40,391 nt of DNA, taken from an uncultured Mycoplasmatota bacterium (GTDB lineage: Bacteria; Bacillota_I; Bacilli_A; RF39; UBA660). The DNA is taken from contig URXR01000002.1 in the NCBI GenBank assembly GCA_900551925.1, positions 1-40,391 of the forward strand, in the 5' to 3' direction. A program made the position numbers and the translations under genes. Of the stretch, positions 23,405 through 33,213 are shown one piece after another; position 1 is the stretch's first letter, and every line of letters begins with the position of its first letter. Under the pieces are notes generated by a model. That model saw only the letters and a program-made list of their open reading frames with translations, ran no database searches and was not told the DNA's origin.

Positions 23405-23647
23405 AATTATGGTTGGTATAACGATTATATTCGTGTAACACTCCCTAATGCCCCGTGGCATAGTCGAGGAGGTTACTGTTATAGCAATCTTGAGGCCGGT
23501 ATAATAAGTGCTAGTAGTAGTGTAGGCTCATCTACTGTTGCCTCTTCCCGCTTTGTCATAATTTCTTAATCACTAAAATAATTAATAATTCCTTAATATT
23601 TTCAAATAAAAAACCTTAATAATTTAATATTACTAAGGTTTTATTTT
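23405..23647 (+). ncRNA. candidate unclassified structured RNA or nth 3' UTR element: GC-rich island ending in an intrinsic terminator
   Basis: There is no ORF over 30 codons on either strand. My hand count for 23441-23550 is 54 G+C in 110 nt, against clearly AT-rich flanks. Several stems are possible (ATGCC/GGCAT; TAGTAG.../...CTACTG; GAGGAGG/CCTCTTC). A possible promoter is TTGAAA-17-TATAAG at 23370-23398. Class and strand are not established. Confidence 0.25.
23608..23647. terminator. bidirectional intrinsic terminator between convergent transcription units
   Basis: AAACCTTA / TAAGGTTT stem with further inner AT pairs. It is flanked by an A-run at 23608-23613 and a T-run at 23639-23647. 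Confidence 0.7.
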
Positions 23648-23652
23648 TATTA

Positions 23653-24924
23653 TTAATTTTTAATCTTTCTTGATTTTTTTTGATTTAGTTTAACAGCTAT
23701 GATTATAACAATAATACCAAATAATAAAGTTGTCCCTGCTAGTATATATATTAATACTTGAGTATTTTGAATTTTATCTTGATAATAATCATCTATTTCT
23801 GAATTGTATTTTTGCAAGGTATTTTCATCTTCATTATATGAATACCATCCTTTTTCTCCAGTTTCAGTATTAACCCCATATATAACAGCGAATTTAGAAT
23901 CTGAGGTTAATTTATAACAATCAAGGTCTGTATCATTTATAGTTATGTTATATTTTGAATAATTTTCAGGTATATCTTTAGGAGTAAGAGGGTAAAATGA
24001 TATTTCACTAAAATTAAGAACTATATAAGGGGAGTAACTATTTGTATCTTCATCGTAAATATAAAGTTCTAAATCTCCATCTTCATTTTGTAATCCCACT
24101 AAAGTAAGGTCTAATAAGTCATTATATAAAGCAATTACTTTTTGTCCTTCAATAGTTATTTCTTTCTCTATAAAGCCTTTTGGTATTTTTATATCGTTTA
24201 AATTTTTAACTACAGTATATTCTTTATTATCAATTGTAACTTTAATAGGGTTACTATCTTTTAAATTAATATTTATTGTATAAGTTCTTTCATCGTCATC
24301 ATTAGTAACAGTAAGTTTTATTTTGTTTGTTCCTGATATTAAAGATATTTCTCCATCACCTTTTAAAGTGGCATCTGGATCTTCAGTTTCGGCAGAAATA
24401 TTAACGCTAGAAATATCATCATTAATATCGACATTATAACTGGTAGTAGTTTTATTAAATTTTGGTGATAAATCATAATCATCTATTTCTAAAGAGGTAA
24501 GATAAGTACTACCAGAATTATTTGAACTATTTGTTCCACTTATATTTAAAGTTACAGGTTTAACATTGGCACTTATATTTTTGTCTTTGGTATCTAAAAC
24601 AGCATAAGTTTTTACACTTATTTTACTATTTCCTTGTTTTAAAGTTCTAAATTTAAAACTTTTGGTAATTTTTTTAGTGGCATTATTAGGCCTATCAACA
24701 GTATAATTATTTCCTTTTACTAATTTTAAGTAATCATTATTGTAATCTAAAGTGTATTCATAGTAACCAATGTTGGCTGAACTATTAATTGTAACATCTA
24801 CAGTTACGCTATCACCTGTTTTTACTTTAGTATTATTTGCTTCCAAGTTAATAGTAGCGCTTGCAGCATTAACAGAAATTGGAATAATTAATAAACTCAT
24901 TAATAAAATAAAATATTTTTTCAT
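23653..24924 (-). CDS. secreted, C-terminally membrane-anchored protein with cohesin-like and cadherin-like beta-sandwich domains
   Basis: The start is moved to the ATG of MKKYFILLMSLLIIPISVNA (signal peptide; GGAGG 5 nt upstream). YLTSLEIDDYDLSPKFNKTTTSYNVDI...ERTYTININ matches the cadherin-like beta-sandwich pattern. The C-terminal helix VLIYILAGTTLLFGIIVIIIAV is followed by a basic tail. Confidence 0.7.
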   Translation of the reverse strand: MKKYFILLMSLLIIPISVNAASATINLEANNTKVKTGDSVTVDVTINSSANIGYYEYTLDYNNDYLKLVKGNNYTVDRPNNATKKITKSFKFRTLKQGNSKISVKTYAVLDTKDKNISANVKPVTLNISGTNSSNNSGSTYLTSLEIDDYDLSPKFNKTTTSYNVDINDDISSVNISAETEDPDATLKGDGEISLISGTNKIKLTVTNDDDERTYTININLKDSNPIKVTIDNKEYTVVKNLNDIKIPKGFIEKEITIEGQKVIALYNDLLDLTLVGLQNEDGDLELYIYDEDTNSYSPYIVLNFSEISFYPLTPKDIPENYSKYNITINDTDLDCYKLTSDSKFAVIYGVNTETGEKGWYSYNEDENTLQKYNSEIDDYYQDKIQNTQVLIYILAGTTLLFGIIVIIIAVKLNQKKSRKIKN

Positions 24925-24937
24925 ATAAACCTCCATA

Positions 24938-27562
24938 TCATTTTAAAGCATTTAGATGAGCAGATATTGAACCAATTGGGGGATGAGATGTTTTTGTAGG
25001 CATATTATTATAAACAGGAATTGTAAAGGTTAAAGCTTTGCTATCAATATTTAAGTCATCATAAGAATAATAAGTTGATAAACTTTCACTAGAAGGAGCA
25101 ATTATATTAGTCATATATTGATGAGTAAATGGTGAATAATCAGAATTTGGGCCGGTATTAAACTTTTGATAATATAATGTATTTTGTCCAGCATTTATAT
25201 AACCATCGGCAATAAATTTAGCACCATAAGTAATAGCTTTTTTTCTAGTATTCCATGGAGTTCCATCTAAGTCATCGACATAACCTGCTGCGGCTGCTAA
25301 ACCTCTTATTGTAGGATTATCTCCATAAGCTCCAATGTTATAATAATTATATATTCCTTTTAAAGATTTATTAATCTTAACTTTATACCAAGAACCACTG
25401 CAACCATTTCCTTTGCTGTATGTTTTAGAAATAGTTAAGGTGTCATTAGAATTAGCAGTTATGTAATTACCATTAGGATAAGTTAGCTTTTTATAACCAG
25501 TTCCAGCACCGCTTCTAACATTTAAGTTTGTTCCGGATTTTACTTTAAAAGTTGTTCCGGATTTAGTTCCATAGCTACTTGAACCACAGACATATCCACT
25601 ATTAGTAACATTCCATTTAGTAGTAACTTTACCACTTACTGGAGCATAGGAACTATTTGTACCACCTTCTTGTTTTACACGTGCTGCTAAATGAACAGGA
25701 CTAACATCGTATGTTTTTCCGGCATTTACAAAGTAACTAGCATAAGTATCAGTATCTAAATAAGAACCATCTACAATTGATCTTACTACAGATTTTGTTT
25801 GATTTACAGAATCATAACTTAAATCTTCAAAAGCATAGATATTGGTATCATTTAAATAATTACGAGGATCAAGTAGATAGGCGATATAGGCTGACGAAGC
25901 TTCTCGCCAATTGCCAGATTCTTGAATTTTCCAAGAGTTTAAATATTCATCTTCTTCAATTTGAGTATAATTTTTACTTAGTTCTCCATCAATAGCATCG
26001 GTAAAATTAATACCAGTTTTTTCAGCTTTAAAAATCCAGTTAGGATGTTTTGCATGTAAATATGAAAGGTATGGACAATAGCTTTCTGGGAATCCTTTAG
26101 CTTTTAACTGATTACAATAAGTAGAGTTAGTCTTAGTAACTTCGTTATATTTATCAAGTAATCTAGTTAAGATATATCCAGTTCTACCATTATAATAAGA
26201 TATTTTGGTATAATCTCCAGAGGTACTTATTGGTTTAATTTCAGTTCCTAAGTAAATTAATTCTTTTTGGCTTCCTCCCGCACTTGTTCTTACTGTAGCA
26301 TAGTTTTCATTTACTTTATAAGTCCACTTATTAGTAGTATAATAAGTATTTTTATCAGGAGTAGTAAGTTTAGTAACGGTTTTAGAAGAACTATTTGAAG
26401 AACTTGATTTACCAAGTTCTGTATAAGAACTACATACATAACCTGTTTTAGCATTGATACTTATTTTATACCAACCACTAGAACATCCTGTACCTTTATA
26501 TTTAGTTGTACTTGATAATAATACTAAATCACCTTTATTTAAATAAGTAATTTTTGAATAACCAGTTCCCGCTCCAGTTCTAACATTAACTCCACTTGCA
26601 ACATTAGTACTTAAATTGGTATCAGTAACATAAGTTTTGCAAACATAGCCAGTCTTACCATTAACGGTTATTTTATACCAACCACTAGAACATCCTCCCG
26701 TACTTTTATTAATTGTAGTATTTTCCAAAGCAACAGTAGTAGAGTATTTTAAAGTAGCAATTTTAGTACTGTTAGATGAAGGTTTTGATCTAATATAAGC
26801 TCCCGTATTTAAATCATTTATTCGCCATAGGTTTTTAGAATTTGTAACAAAACTACTACAAACATAGGCTTCTTTTCCTTGATAATAAACTTTATACCAA
26901 CCATTAGAACAACCAGTTCCTGTATATTTTTTGGTACTATCTAAACTAAGAGCTTGTCCATATTTTAAATAAACTAACGAACTTGAATTAGTAGTAGCTT
27001 TTTCTCTTACATTAACTCCTCCAGTGTTAGTAATCATAACGTTACTATTACTATTATAGTTTTTAGTATAAGTACTACAGATATATCTAGTTTTTTTAGC
27101 ATTATAGTTTAAACTGTACCAACCATTAGAACATCCTGTTCCAGTAAATTTACCAGTATTAGATAAGGTTACTAATTTGTTATTATTAAATTTGGTATAG
27201 ATAGAGTAATTAGTTCCCGCTCCATTTCTAATATTAACAGTACCACTATTACTAACTTTAGCAGTATAGGTAGAAGTTGAAACATAACTACTACAGACAT
27301 ATCTGATATTACCATTGTGGTTTATTTTATACCAGCCAGCTGAACAACCAGAACCGGTATATTTTCCTGTACTAATAAGAGGAACAACATCATTATATTT
27401 AAGACCTGCTTTTAAAGTATAACTAGTACCTGGACCACTTCTTATATTAACTCCTGTTTCATTAGTAACTCTTCCCATACTAAGGGCATTTACATTATCT
27501 ATGATTAGTAAAGAACTAAATAACATAAAAATTGCTATTAGACAATAATTTATTTTCTTCAT
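24938..27562 (-). CDS. cell-wall hydrolase: signal peptide, six N-terminal SH3b repeats, GH73-like N-acetylglucosaminidase domain carrying a seventh SH3b repeat
   Basis: The start is moved to the ATG of MKKINYCLIAIF (GAGGTG 9 nt upstream). The repeats have the form GVN[IV]R.G.GT.Y...GCS.GWYK....G..GYVCSSY. YDVSPVHLAARVKQEGG and YNYYNIGAYGDNP resemble GH73 glucosaminidase motifs. Confidence 0.75.
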   Translation of the reverse strand: MKKINYCLIAIFMLFSSLLIIDNVNALSMGRVTNETGVNIRSGPGTSYTLKAGLKYNDVVPLISTGKYTGSGCSAGWYKINHNGNIRYVCSSYVSTSTYTAKVSNSGTVNIRNGAGTNYSIYTKFNNNKLVTLSNTGKFTGTGCSNGWYSLNYNAKKTRYICSTYTKNYNSNSNVMITNTGGVNVREKATTNSSSLVYLKYGQALSLDSTKKYTGTGCSNGWYKVYYQGKEAYVCSSFVTNSKNLWRINDLNTGAYIRSKPSSNSTKIATLKYSTTVALENTTINKSTGGCSSGWYKITVNGKTGYVCKTYVTDTNLSTNVASGVNVRTGAGTGYSKITYLNKGDLVLLSSTTKYKGTGCSSGWYKISINAKTGYVCSSYTELGKSSSSNSSSKTVTKLTTPDKNTYYTTNKWTYKVNENYATVRTSAGGSQKELIYLGTEIKPISTSGDYTKISYYNGRTGYILTRLLDKYNEVTKTNSTYCNQLKAKGFPESYCPYLSYLHAKHPNWIFKAEKTGINFTDAIDGELSKNYTQIEEDEYLNSWKIQESGNWREASSAYIAYLLDPRNYLNDTNIYAFEDLSYDSVNQTKSVVRSIVDGSYLDTDTYASYFVNAGKTYDVSPVHLAARVKQEGGTNSSYAPVSGKVTTKWNVTNSGYVCGSSSYGTKSGTTFKVKSGTNLNVRSGAGTGYKKLTYPNGNYITANSNDTLTISKTYSKGNGCSGSWYKVKINKSLKGIYNYYNIGAYGDNPTIRGLAAAAGYVDDLDGTPWNTRKKAITYGAKFIADGYINAGQNTLYYQKFNTGPNSDYSPFTHQYMTNIIAPSSESLSTYYSYDDLNIDSKALTFTIPVYNNMPTKTSHPPIGSISAHLNALK
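26400..27480 (-). repeat. tandem ~210-225-nt coding repeats (SH3b modules 1-5); approximate bounds
   Basis: The plus-strand motif TATACCAACCA(C/T)TAGAACA(T/A)CC, which is the complement of GCSxGWYK, recurs near 26470, 26680, 26895, 27120 and 27330, and once more near 25385. Confidence 0.6.
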
Positions 27563-27783
27563 TACCCAAAACACCTCACATTCTTATTTTATCTATATAG
27601 TATTTTATCATATAAATTATGAACATTGTGTGAAAATTACGGAGAATTTTGTTAATTTTACACTTTATTTTGCATAATTATATGGTAAATTAATTATAAA
27701 GAATAAATAGTTTTAAGGCAAATCGTTAAACTATATAATTAGGATGGCTTATTTTCTGAAAATTAATAATTCATTTTAGGAAA

Positions 27784-27812
27784 TTGCGATATTTAACAAA
27801 ATATGTTATAGT
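27784..27812 (+). promoter_or_regulatory. sigma-A-like promoter (TTGCGA-17 nt-TATAGT)
   Basis: -35 at 27784-27789 and -10 at 27807-27812, 24 nt upstream of ATG 27836. Confidence 0.5.
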
Positions 27813-27835
27813 AATTTTTAAATATGGAGGAATTT

Positions 27836-28396
27836 ATGAAAAAAAGAAATATTATTTCCTTATCCGGTGATTTAGCATCAGGAAAAGGTACGGTATCAGA
27901 AATATTAATGGAAAAGTTAACTTATGGAATATATAGAAATGGTGAATATTTTAGGGCTTTAGCCAAAAGTATGAAGATGAGTTTAAAAGAATTTAGTGAA
28001 TACGTAGAACTTCATCCGGAAATAGATATAGAAATTGAAAATAGTGCTAAAGAATATGCCAAAACTAATGATAACTTTATAATAGATGCTAGACTTGGCT
28101 GGTACGCAGTTCCTGAATCTTTTAAAGTATATTTAAAAGTTGATTTAGATGAAGCTGCTAAAAGAGCTTTTTTAGATAAAACTAGAAAAGATTTAGAAAA
28201 CTTTAGCAGTATTGATGATCATAAAAAAGCTCTAGTAGAAAGATTTAAAAAAGAAAACGATAGATATTATAAACTATATGGAGTAAAAAAAGATGATATG
28301 TCTAATTATGATTTAGTTATTGATACAACTAATAAAACTCCAGAAGAAGTCGCGGATATAATTATTACTGAATATAAAAAATGGCAAAACCAATAA
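27836..28396 (+). CDS. cytidylate kinase-like P-loop NTPase family protein
   Basis: ISLSGDLASGKGTVS Walker A. ~186 aa with NMP-kinase-like layout (IIDARLG). The start is moved to ATG 27836, 5 nt after GGAGG. Confidence 0.6.
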   Translation: MKKRNIISLSGDLASGKGTVSEILMEKLTYGIYRNGEYFRALAKSMKMSLKEFSEYVELHPEIDIEIENSAKEYAKTNDNFIIDARLGWYAVPESFKVYLKVDLDEAAKRAFLDKTRKDLENFSSIDDHKKALVERFKKENDRYYKLYGVKKDDMSNYDLVIDTTNKTPEEVADIIITEYKKWQNQ

Positions 28397-28493
28397 TTTT
28401 TTATATTTGCTACCAATTTTATACAAAAAGAAACTAAAACTTGATAGTGCAACTAGTTTTATTTATATTAAAATATCGGTGGAGGTGGAAAAT

Positions 28494-29861
28494 ATGAGGT
28501 TTTGTGACAAGCTACCAAAGCTTCGAAAAGAAAATAATTTATCGCAAGAGGTTTTAGCAGAAAAACTTGGTATTTCAAGACAAGCGGTATCAAAATGGGA
28601 ATCAGGAAGTTCTTATCCTGATATGGAAAAAATGATTGAAATGTGTAAAATACTTAATTGTACTTTAGAAGATTTACTAGATGATGGATCAATAAGTAAT
28701 AATCAAAATAGTAATAATAATAGCAAATTTAATTTTACTAATTATGTGCATGATTTTTTAAAATTTGTTACTAAAATGTATAACATGTTTTGTGCTATGA
28801 AATTTAAAGATAAAATAAAATGTTTATTAGAATTAGCATTCATTGCTTTTGTTTTATGGCTTTTATCATTTTTAGTATTCTCTATATTTGATAGTGTAAT
28901 TTTTAGACTACTAGAAGATATTCCCCATTTAGGTTCTTATATGCACTTTTTAATAGGAAATATCTTCACAATTATTTTAATAGTAATCTCTGTTATCATT
29001 TTTATTCATTTATTTAAAATTAGATATTTAGATTATTATGTAACAGTAGAAGATCAAAATGCCAAAGAAAAAGTTTTAGAAAAACCAGTAGATATTAAAA
29101 ATGAACCCAACGATAAAAAAGAAAAAATAATTATTAGAGATCCCAAACATTCCAAATTTAGTTTCTTTGAGTTTTTGGCAAATATCGTTGTTATTATGAT
29201 AAAATTTATTTTAATTTTATGTGCTGTTCCTGCAATTATAGTATTTATAATTTTAATAATGGGATTATTCATGGCTCTTTACCATATTAAATTCGGAATT
29301 ATCTTCTTCTTTATATCTCTAATGGCTTTAGGATTATGTGGATTAAACTATGTTATATTAGAATTTATCTATAATTTTATTATTTCTAAAAAGCAACACT
29401 TCAAAAGAATGTTTATCATTATCATAACCGGTTTTATTTTAGTAGGAGCAGGATTAGGATTAGCAACTTGCGTCTATCTAAATTTTGATAAAGCTGAAGA
29501 TTTACCTAAAGAGTTTCAAACAAATAACACTTTAAATTTAGATATGACTGATAATACAGTTCTTGAAGGTAGCAAAGTAAATTATAAAATTGATAATTCT
29601 ATAAAAGATATAAAAATTACAACCAATTCTTCTTTAATTGATGTGAATATAAATGAATACCAATCAAAAAAATATAAAATTTTAGACTTATATTCATATT
29701 ATGAAAGTAATGAAATGATGAACTTGCTATATTATGATATAAAACATAAAAACACAAGAGATTATGAAAATATTATTAATGATTCTATTACTGTTACAGT
29801 ATCAAAAGAAACCTATGATAAATTGATAAATAATTATAACAATCACGGTAATAATCTATAA
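28494..29861 (+). CDS. XRE-family helix-turn-helix protein fused to a polytopic membrane domain and a C-terminal extracytoplasmic region
   Basis: The start is moved to ATG 28494 (GGTGGAGGTGG upstream). LRKENNLSQEVLAEKLGISRQAVSKWESG is a canonical HTH_3. At least 5 hydrophobic helices follow. Confidence 0.75.
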   Translation: MRFCDKLPKLRKENNLSQEVLAEKLGISRQAVSKWESGSSYPDMEKMIEMCKILNCTLEDLLDDGSISNNQNSNNNSKFNFTNYVHDFLKFVTKMYNMFCAMKFKDKIKCLLELAFIAFVLWLLSFLVFSIFDSVIFRLLEDIPHLGSYMHFLIGNIFTIILIVISVIIFIHLFKIRYLDYYVTVEDQNAKEKVLEKPVDIKNEPNDKKEKIIIRDPKHSKFSFFEFLANIVVIMIKFILILCAVPAIIVFIILIMGLFMALYHIKFGIIFFFISLMALGLCGLNYVILEFIYNFIISKKQHFKRMFIIIITGFILVGAGLGLATCVYLNFDKAEDLPKEFQTNNTLNLDMTDNTVLEGSKVNYKIDNSIKDIKITTNSSLIDVNINEYQSKKYKILDLYSYYESNEMMNLLYYDIKHKNTRDYENIINDSITVTVSKETYDKLINNYNNHGNNL

Positions 29862-29870
29862 AAAAACAAA

Positions 29871-29904
29871 AACTTACGAACCAAAAATTCGTAAGTTATT
29901 TTTT
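29871..29904. terminator. bidirectional intrinsic terminator
   Basis: AACTTACGAA / TTCGTAAGTT 10-bp stem, with an A-rich run before it and a T-run after it. It serves the XRE gene (plus) and tRNA-Cys (minus). Confidence 0.8.
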
Positions 29905-29908
29905 ATTA

Positions 29909-29983
29909 TGGAGGGCCTAGCCGGATTTGAACCGGCGAATCAAGGTTTTGCAGACCCATGCCTTACCACTTGGCTATAGACCC
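29909..29983 (-). tRNA. tRNA-Cys (anticodon GCA), CCA encoded
   Basis: The reverse complement is GGGTCTATAGCCAAGTGGTAAGGCATGGGTCTGCAAAACCTTGATTCGCCGGTTCAAATCCGGCTAGGCCCTCCA. Acceptor GGGTCTA/TAGGCCC, loop CTGCAAA, T arm GCCGG-TTCAAAT-CCGGC. It resembles Bacillus tRNA-Cys. Confidence 0.85.
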
Positions 29984-29995
29984 ATGTGCATACTA

Positions 29996-30025
29996 ATTGT
30001 AACATTAATCTAATTATTATGTCAA
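29996..30025 (-). promoter_or_regulatory. sigma-A-like promoter of tRNA-Cys (TTGACA-18 nt-TACAAT)
   Basis: On the minus strand, the consensus -35 is at 30025-30020 and the -10 at 30001-29996, 12 nt upstream of the mature 5' end. Confidence 0.6.
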
Positions 30026-30100
30026 TCTATTTAATTATATAGTTTTTTTTAATAAAATAGACTAAAGATAGTAAAATAAATAATAAATCCTTAATTTTCC

Positions 30101-30128
30101 TTGAAATATATAGATTTTATGGTAAAAT
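30101..30128 (+). promoter_or_regulatory. sigma-A-like promoter with extended -10 (TTGAAA-16 nt-TGgTAAAAT)
   Basis: -35 at 30101-30106, TG at 30120-30121 and -10 at 30123-30128. RBS AGGAG lies before ATG 30151. Confidence 0.55.
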
Positions 30129-30150
30129 TATTGTAGTTAGGAGTGTTATA

Positions 30151-31779
30151 ATGAAAAAAACATATATTTTTGGACATCATAATCCTGATACAGATTCAGT
30201 TTGTTCAGCTATTAGCTTATCATACTATAAAAATAAATTAGGTTTTAATACTGAACCTAGAGTACTAGATGAAATAAATAAAGAAACTGATTATGTTTTA
30301 AAATACTTTAAAGTATCAGAACCTAATTATTTAGATAATGTCAAATTACAAATTAAAGATATTGAATATCATAAAAATTATTATATGCACGATACTGATT
30401 CTATTAAAAGAGTACATGACTTCTTAGTAGAAAAATCTATAACTGGAGTACCTTTAGTAGATAAGAATCATAAATTTGTAGGCTTAATTACTTTAAAAAT
30501 GATTTTAGAAAAACTAATAAGAGGAAATTTAAGACATATTAATACTTCTTATGAAAATATGTTAGATGTTTTAAATGCTAGAGAACTTTTAAGATTTAGT
30601 GAAGAAATAACTGGCGAAGTAATAGTTGGAGGCTATCGTTCAATGATTTTCGTCAAAGAGATAAAATTAAGTGAAAAAGATATTTTAGTAACCTCTAATC
30701 GTCCTCTTATTATAAATTATGCCATTAATGAAGGAATAAAAAATATTATTATCGTAGGAAGCCAAGAACTTGATCCTGAATGTTTAGAAAACGCTAGAAA
30801 ACATGAAGTTAATGTAATTAGAACAGAATATGATACTTTTTATACCTTAAAACTTATCTCTCTTGCAAACTATGCTAAAAACTTTTGTGATGATAAAAGA
30901 GTAGTATGTTTTAAAGAAGAAGACTATTATAATGATTTTGTTGATATATCTAAAAAACTTAAACATAACAATTATCCCGTAATAGATGAACAAAATACTT
31001 GTCTAGGACTTTTACGTCTTACTGACTTAGACAATGTAAACAGGAAAAAAGTTATTTTAGTAGACCATAATGAAAGTGGTCAAAGTGTTATGGGTCTAAG
31101 ACAAGCTGAAATAGTAGAGATTGTCGATCATCATAAAATAGGAGATCTTACCACTAATAATCCGATCAACTTTAGAAATATGGCTGTAGGTAGTACTTGT
31201 AGTATAATCTATCAACTTTATAAAGAAAAAAATCTAGAAATTCCAAAGGATATAGCAGGCCTAATGCTTTCCGGAATTTTATCAGATACTATAATTTTAA
31301 AAAGTCCTACCACTACAGAATTAGATAAAGAAGCAGTTTTAGCCTTAGCAGAAATTACTAATCTTGATTATGAAACATACGGAATAAATATGTTTAAAGC
31401 TGGAACTTCTTTAAAAGGCAAAACAAAAGAAGAAGTCATAAATACTGATATCAAATCATTCAATTATGATGAAGAATTAAGATATGCTGTAAGCCAAATA
31501 TTTACGTTAGATATTGATTCAATAACTAAAGATATTGATAGCTATATCGAGTTAATTGAAAACATGGCTGAAAAAGGTGGTTACCAATTCATAGTAGTAG
31601 CTATTACCGATATCTTAAAAAATGGCTCTTACTTTATCTATAGCAAAAAAGCCAAAGAAATTTTAGAAGCTGGCTATGGAATTCAAGATATCAAACAAGG
31701 AGAATATATTGATAATCAAGTATCTCGTAAAAAACAAATTGTTCCTACAATCATACATGGAATAAATAGATTAAGATAA
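30151..31779 (+). CDS. ppaC: family II (DHH/DHHA2) manganese-dependent inorganic pyrophosphatase with inserted CBS/DRTGG regulatory region
   Basis: IFGHHNPDTDSVCSAI (DHH motif I), LVDHNE, VDHHKIG, GILSDT and the DHHA2 C-terminus. ~250 aa are inserted between motifs, as in CBS-PPases. Confidence 0.85.
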   Translation: MKKTYIFGHHNPDTDSVCSAISLSYYKNKLGFNTEPRVLDEINKETDYVLKYFKVSEPNYLDNVKLQIKDIEYHKNYYMHDTDSIKRVHDFLVEKSITGVPLVDKNHKFVGLITLKMILEKLIRGNLRHINTSYENMLDVLNARELLRFSEEITGEVIVGGYRSMIFVKEIKLSEKDILVTSNRPLIINYAINEGIKNIIIVGSQELDPECLENARKHEVNVIRTEYDTFYTLKLISLANYAKNFCDDKRVVCFKEEDYYNDFVDISKKLKHNNYPVIDEQNTCLGLLRLTDLDNVNRKKVILVDHNESGQSVMGLRQAEIVEIVDHHKIGDLTTNNPINFRNMAVGSTCSIIYQLYKEKNLEIPKDIAGLMLSGILSDTIILKSPTTTELDKEAVLALAEITNLDYETYGINMFKAGTSLKGKTKEEVINTDIKSFNYDEELRYAVSQIFTLDIDSITKDIDSYIELIENMAEKGGYQFIVVAITDILKNGSYFIYSKKAKEILEAGYGIQDIKQGEYIDNQVSRKKQIVPTIIHGINRLR

Positions 31780-31806
31780 AAGTGCAAGAAATTGTACTTT
31801 TTGTTT
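31779..31806 (+). terminator. intrinsic terminator of the pyrophosphatase gene
   Basis: AAAGTGCA / TGTACTTT stem (one G-U pair) followed by a T-run. Confidence 0.6.
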
Positions 31807-31869
31807 GTTAAAATTTATTTAAAAAACTCATCTTTTAAGATATAATCAAATTAGAAAGGAGTCATAACA

Positions 31870-33213
31870 ATGTATTTAAAATCAGAAAACAAAAAAGAAT
31901 TATTAGAAATTCTAGAACGTTTAATCTCTTATAAAACAATTTATGAAAAAGATAGTAACTATCCCTTTGGTCTAGAAAACAAAAAAAGTTTAGATTATGT
32001 TCTTTCTATCGGAGAAAAATTAGGCTTTAAAACTAAAAATCTAGATAATTACTGTGGTTTTATGGAAATAGGAAAAGGAAATGAAACTATTGGTATAGTC
32101 TGTCATTTAGATGTAGTTCCTGCCGGAGAAAACTGGGATACCAATCCTTTTGAATTAACCAAAAAAGGAAATAAATTATATGGGCGTGGCGCCACAGATG
32201 ATAAAGGACCTTTAGCAGCCTCAATTATAGCTTTAAAAATAATAAATGACTTAGGAATAAATATAACTAAGAAAATAAGACTGATAGTAGGATGTAATGA
32301 AGAAACTGGTTGCAAGTGTATGAAATATTATAAAACTAAAGAAAAAGATTTTGACTACGGTTTTACTCCTGATGCCGACTTTCCTTTAATTCATGGCGAA
32401 AAAGGTATATTAGAGTTTAACTTATTAACTAAAACTACTAATATTATAGATATCGAAGGTGGCACCGCATTTAACAAAATTGCGGGAACAGCCAAAATAA
32501 AAATTCCCGCTAATAGTTATGATAAAGAAATTTTAAAAAACTATCTAACCGAAAATGGGCTAACTTTAAAAATAAATACCAATAATGATATAGACACCAT
32601 CATAGTAGAAGGTAAAGAAGGCCATGCCAGTACTCCAAATTTAGGAAAAAATGCTATTTCTTATTTACTAACAGACTTAAAAAAAGCTAATTTTCAAGAT
32701 GAGTTTATCGATTTTTTTAATACTTATCTAAACACTTCTTATAATGGAGAAGAATTAGGTTTAAATCTAAAAGATGACTATAGCGACCTAACTTTAAATA
32801 TTGGAAAAATTAAAAAAGAAAATAATCTTCTAAAAACCTCAATCGATATAAGATTTCCAGTAACTTTTAAAAGTACAGAAATAATTAAAAAACTAAATAA
32901 TAAACTTCAGGACGAAGAAACAGAACTTGAACTTATCGAAGTTATGGAACCATTATTTTATGATCCGAACACTAAACTAATAACTAAACTTTACGAAGCC
33001 TACCAAGAAATATCTCACGACAAAGAGTCTAAACCTTTAGTAATCGGCGGAGGAACCTATGCTAAAACCTTAAATAATTGTGTAGGTTTTGGGCCATGTT
33101 TTCCTAATGAAAATAATAATATTCATAATGCCAATGAATTTATTGAAATAAATAGACTATATGATTTAGTAGAGTATTACGTCGTGGCAATTTTAAAATT
33201 ATTAGAAATATAA
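31870..33213 (+). CDS. pepV: M20-family dipeptidase PepV (Sapep-type)
   Basis: [27 protein letters not shown] and GGGTYAK motifs. 447 aa. RBS AAAGGAG. Confidence 0.85.
   Translation: MYLKSENKKELLEILERLISYKTIYEKDSNYPFGLENKKSLDYVLSIGEKLGFKTKNLDNYCGFMEIGKGNETIGIVCHLDVVPAGENWDTNPFELTKKGNKLYGRGATDDKGPLAASIIALKIINDLGINITKKIRLIVGCNEETGCKCMKYYKTKEKDFDYGFTPDADFPLIHGEKGILEFNLLTKTTNIIDIEGGTAFNKIAGTAKIKIPANSYDKEILKNYLTENGLTLKINTNNDIDTIIVEGKEGHASTPNLGKNAISYLLTDLKKANFQDEFIDFFNTYLNTSYNGEELGLNLKDDYSDLTLNIGKIKKENNLLKTSIDIRFPVTFKSTEIIKKLNNKLQDEETELELIEVMEPLFYDPNTKLITKLYEAYQEISHDKESKPLVIGGGTYAKTLNNCVGFGPCFPNENNNIHNANEFIEINRLYDLVEYYVVAILKLLEI

Noticed and set aside
23409-23438. MVGITIIFV mini-ORF as an erm/cat-type macrolide-sensing leader peptide (the IFV motif is reminiscent of ErmCL IFVI)
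   Set aside because: There is no resistance gene, or any plus-strand gene, downstream before the terminator and the convergent operon. The similarity is three residues in a hydrophobic nonapeptide. It is kept only as part of the GC-island finding.
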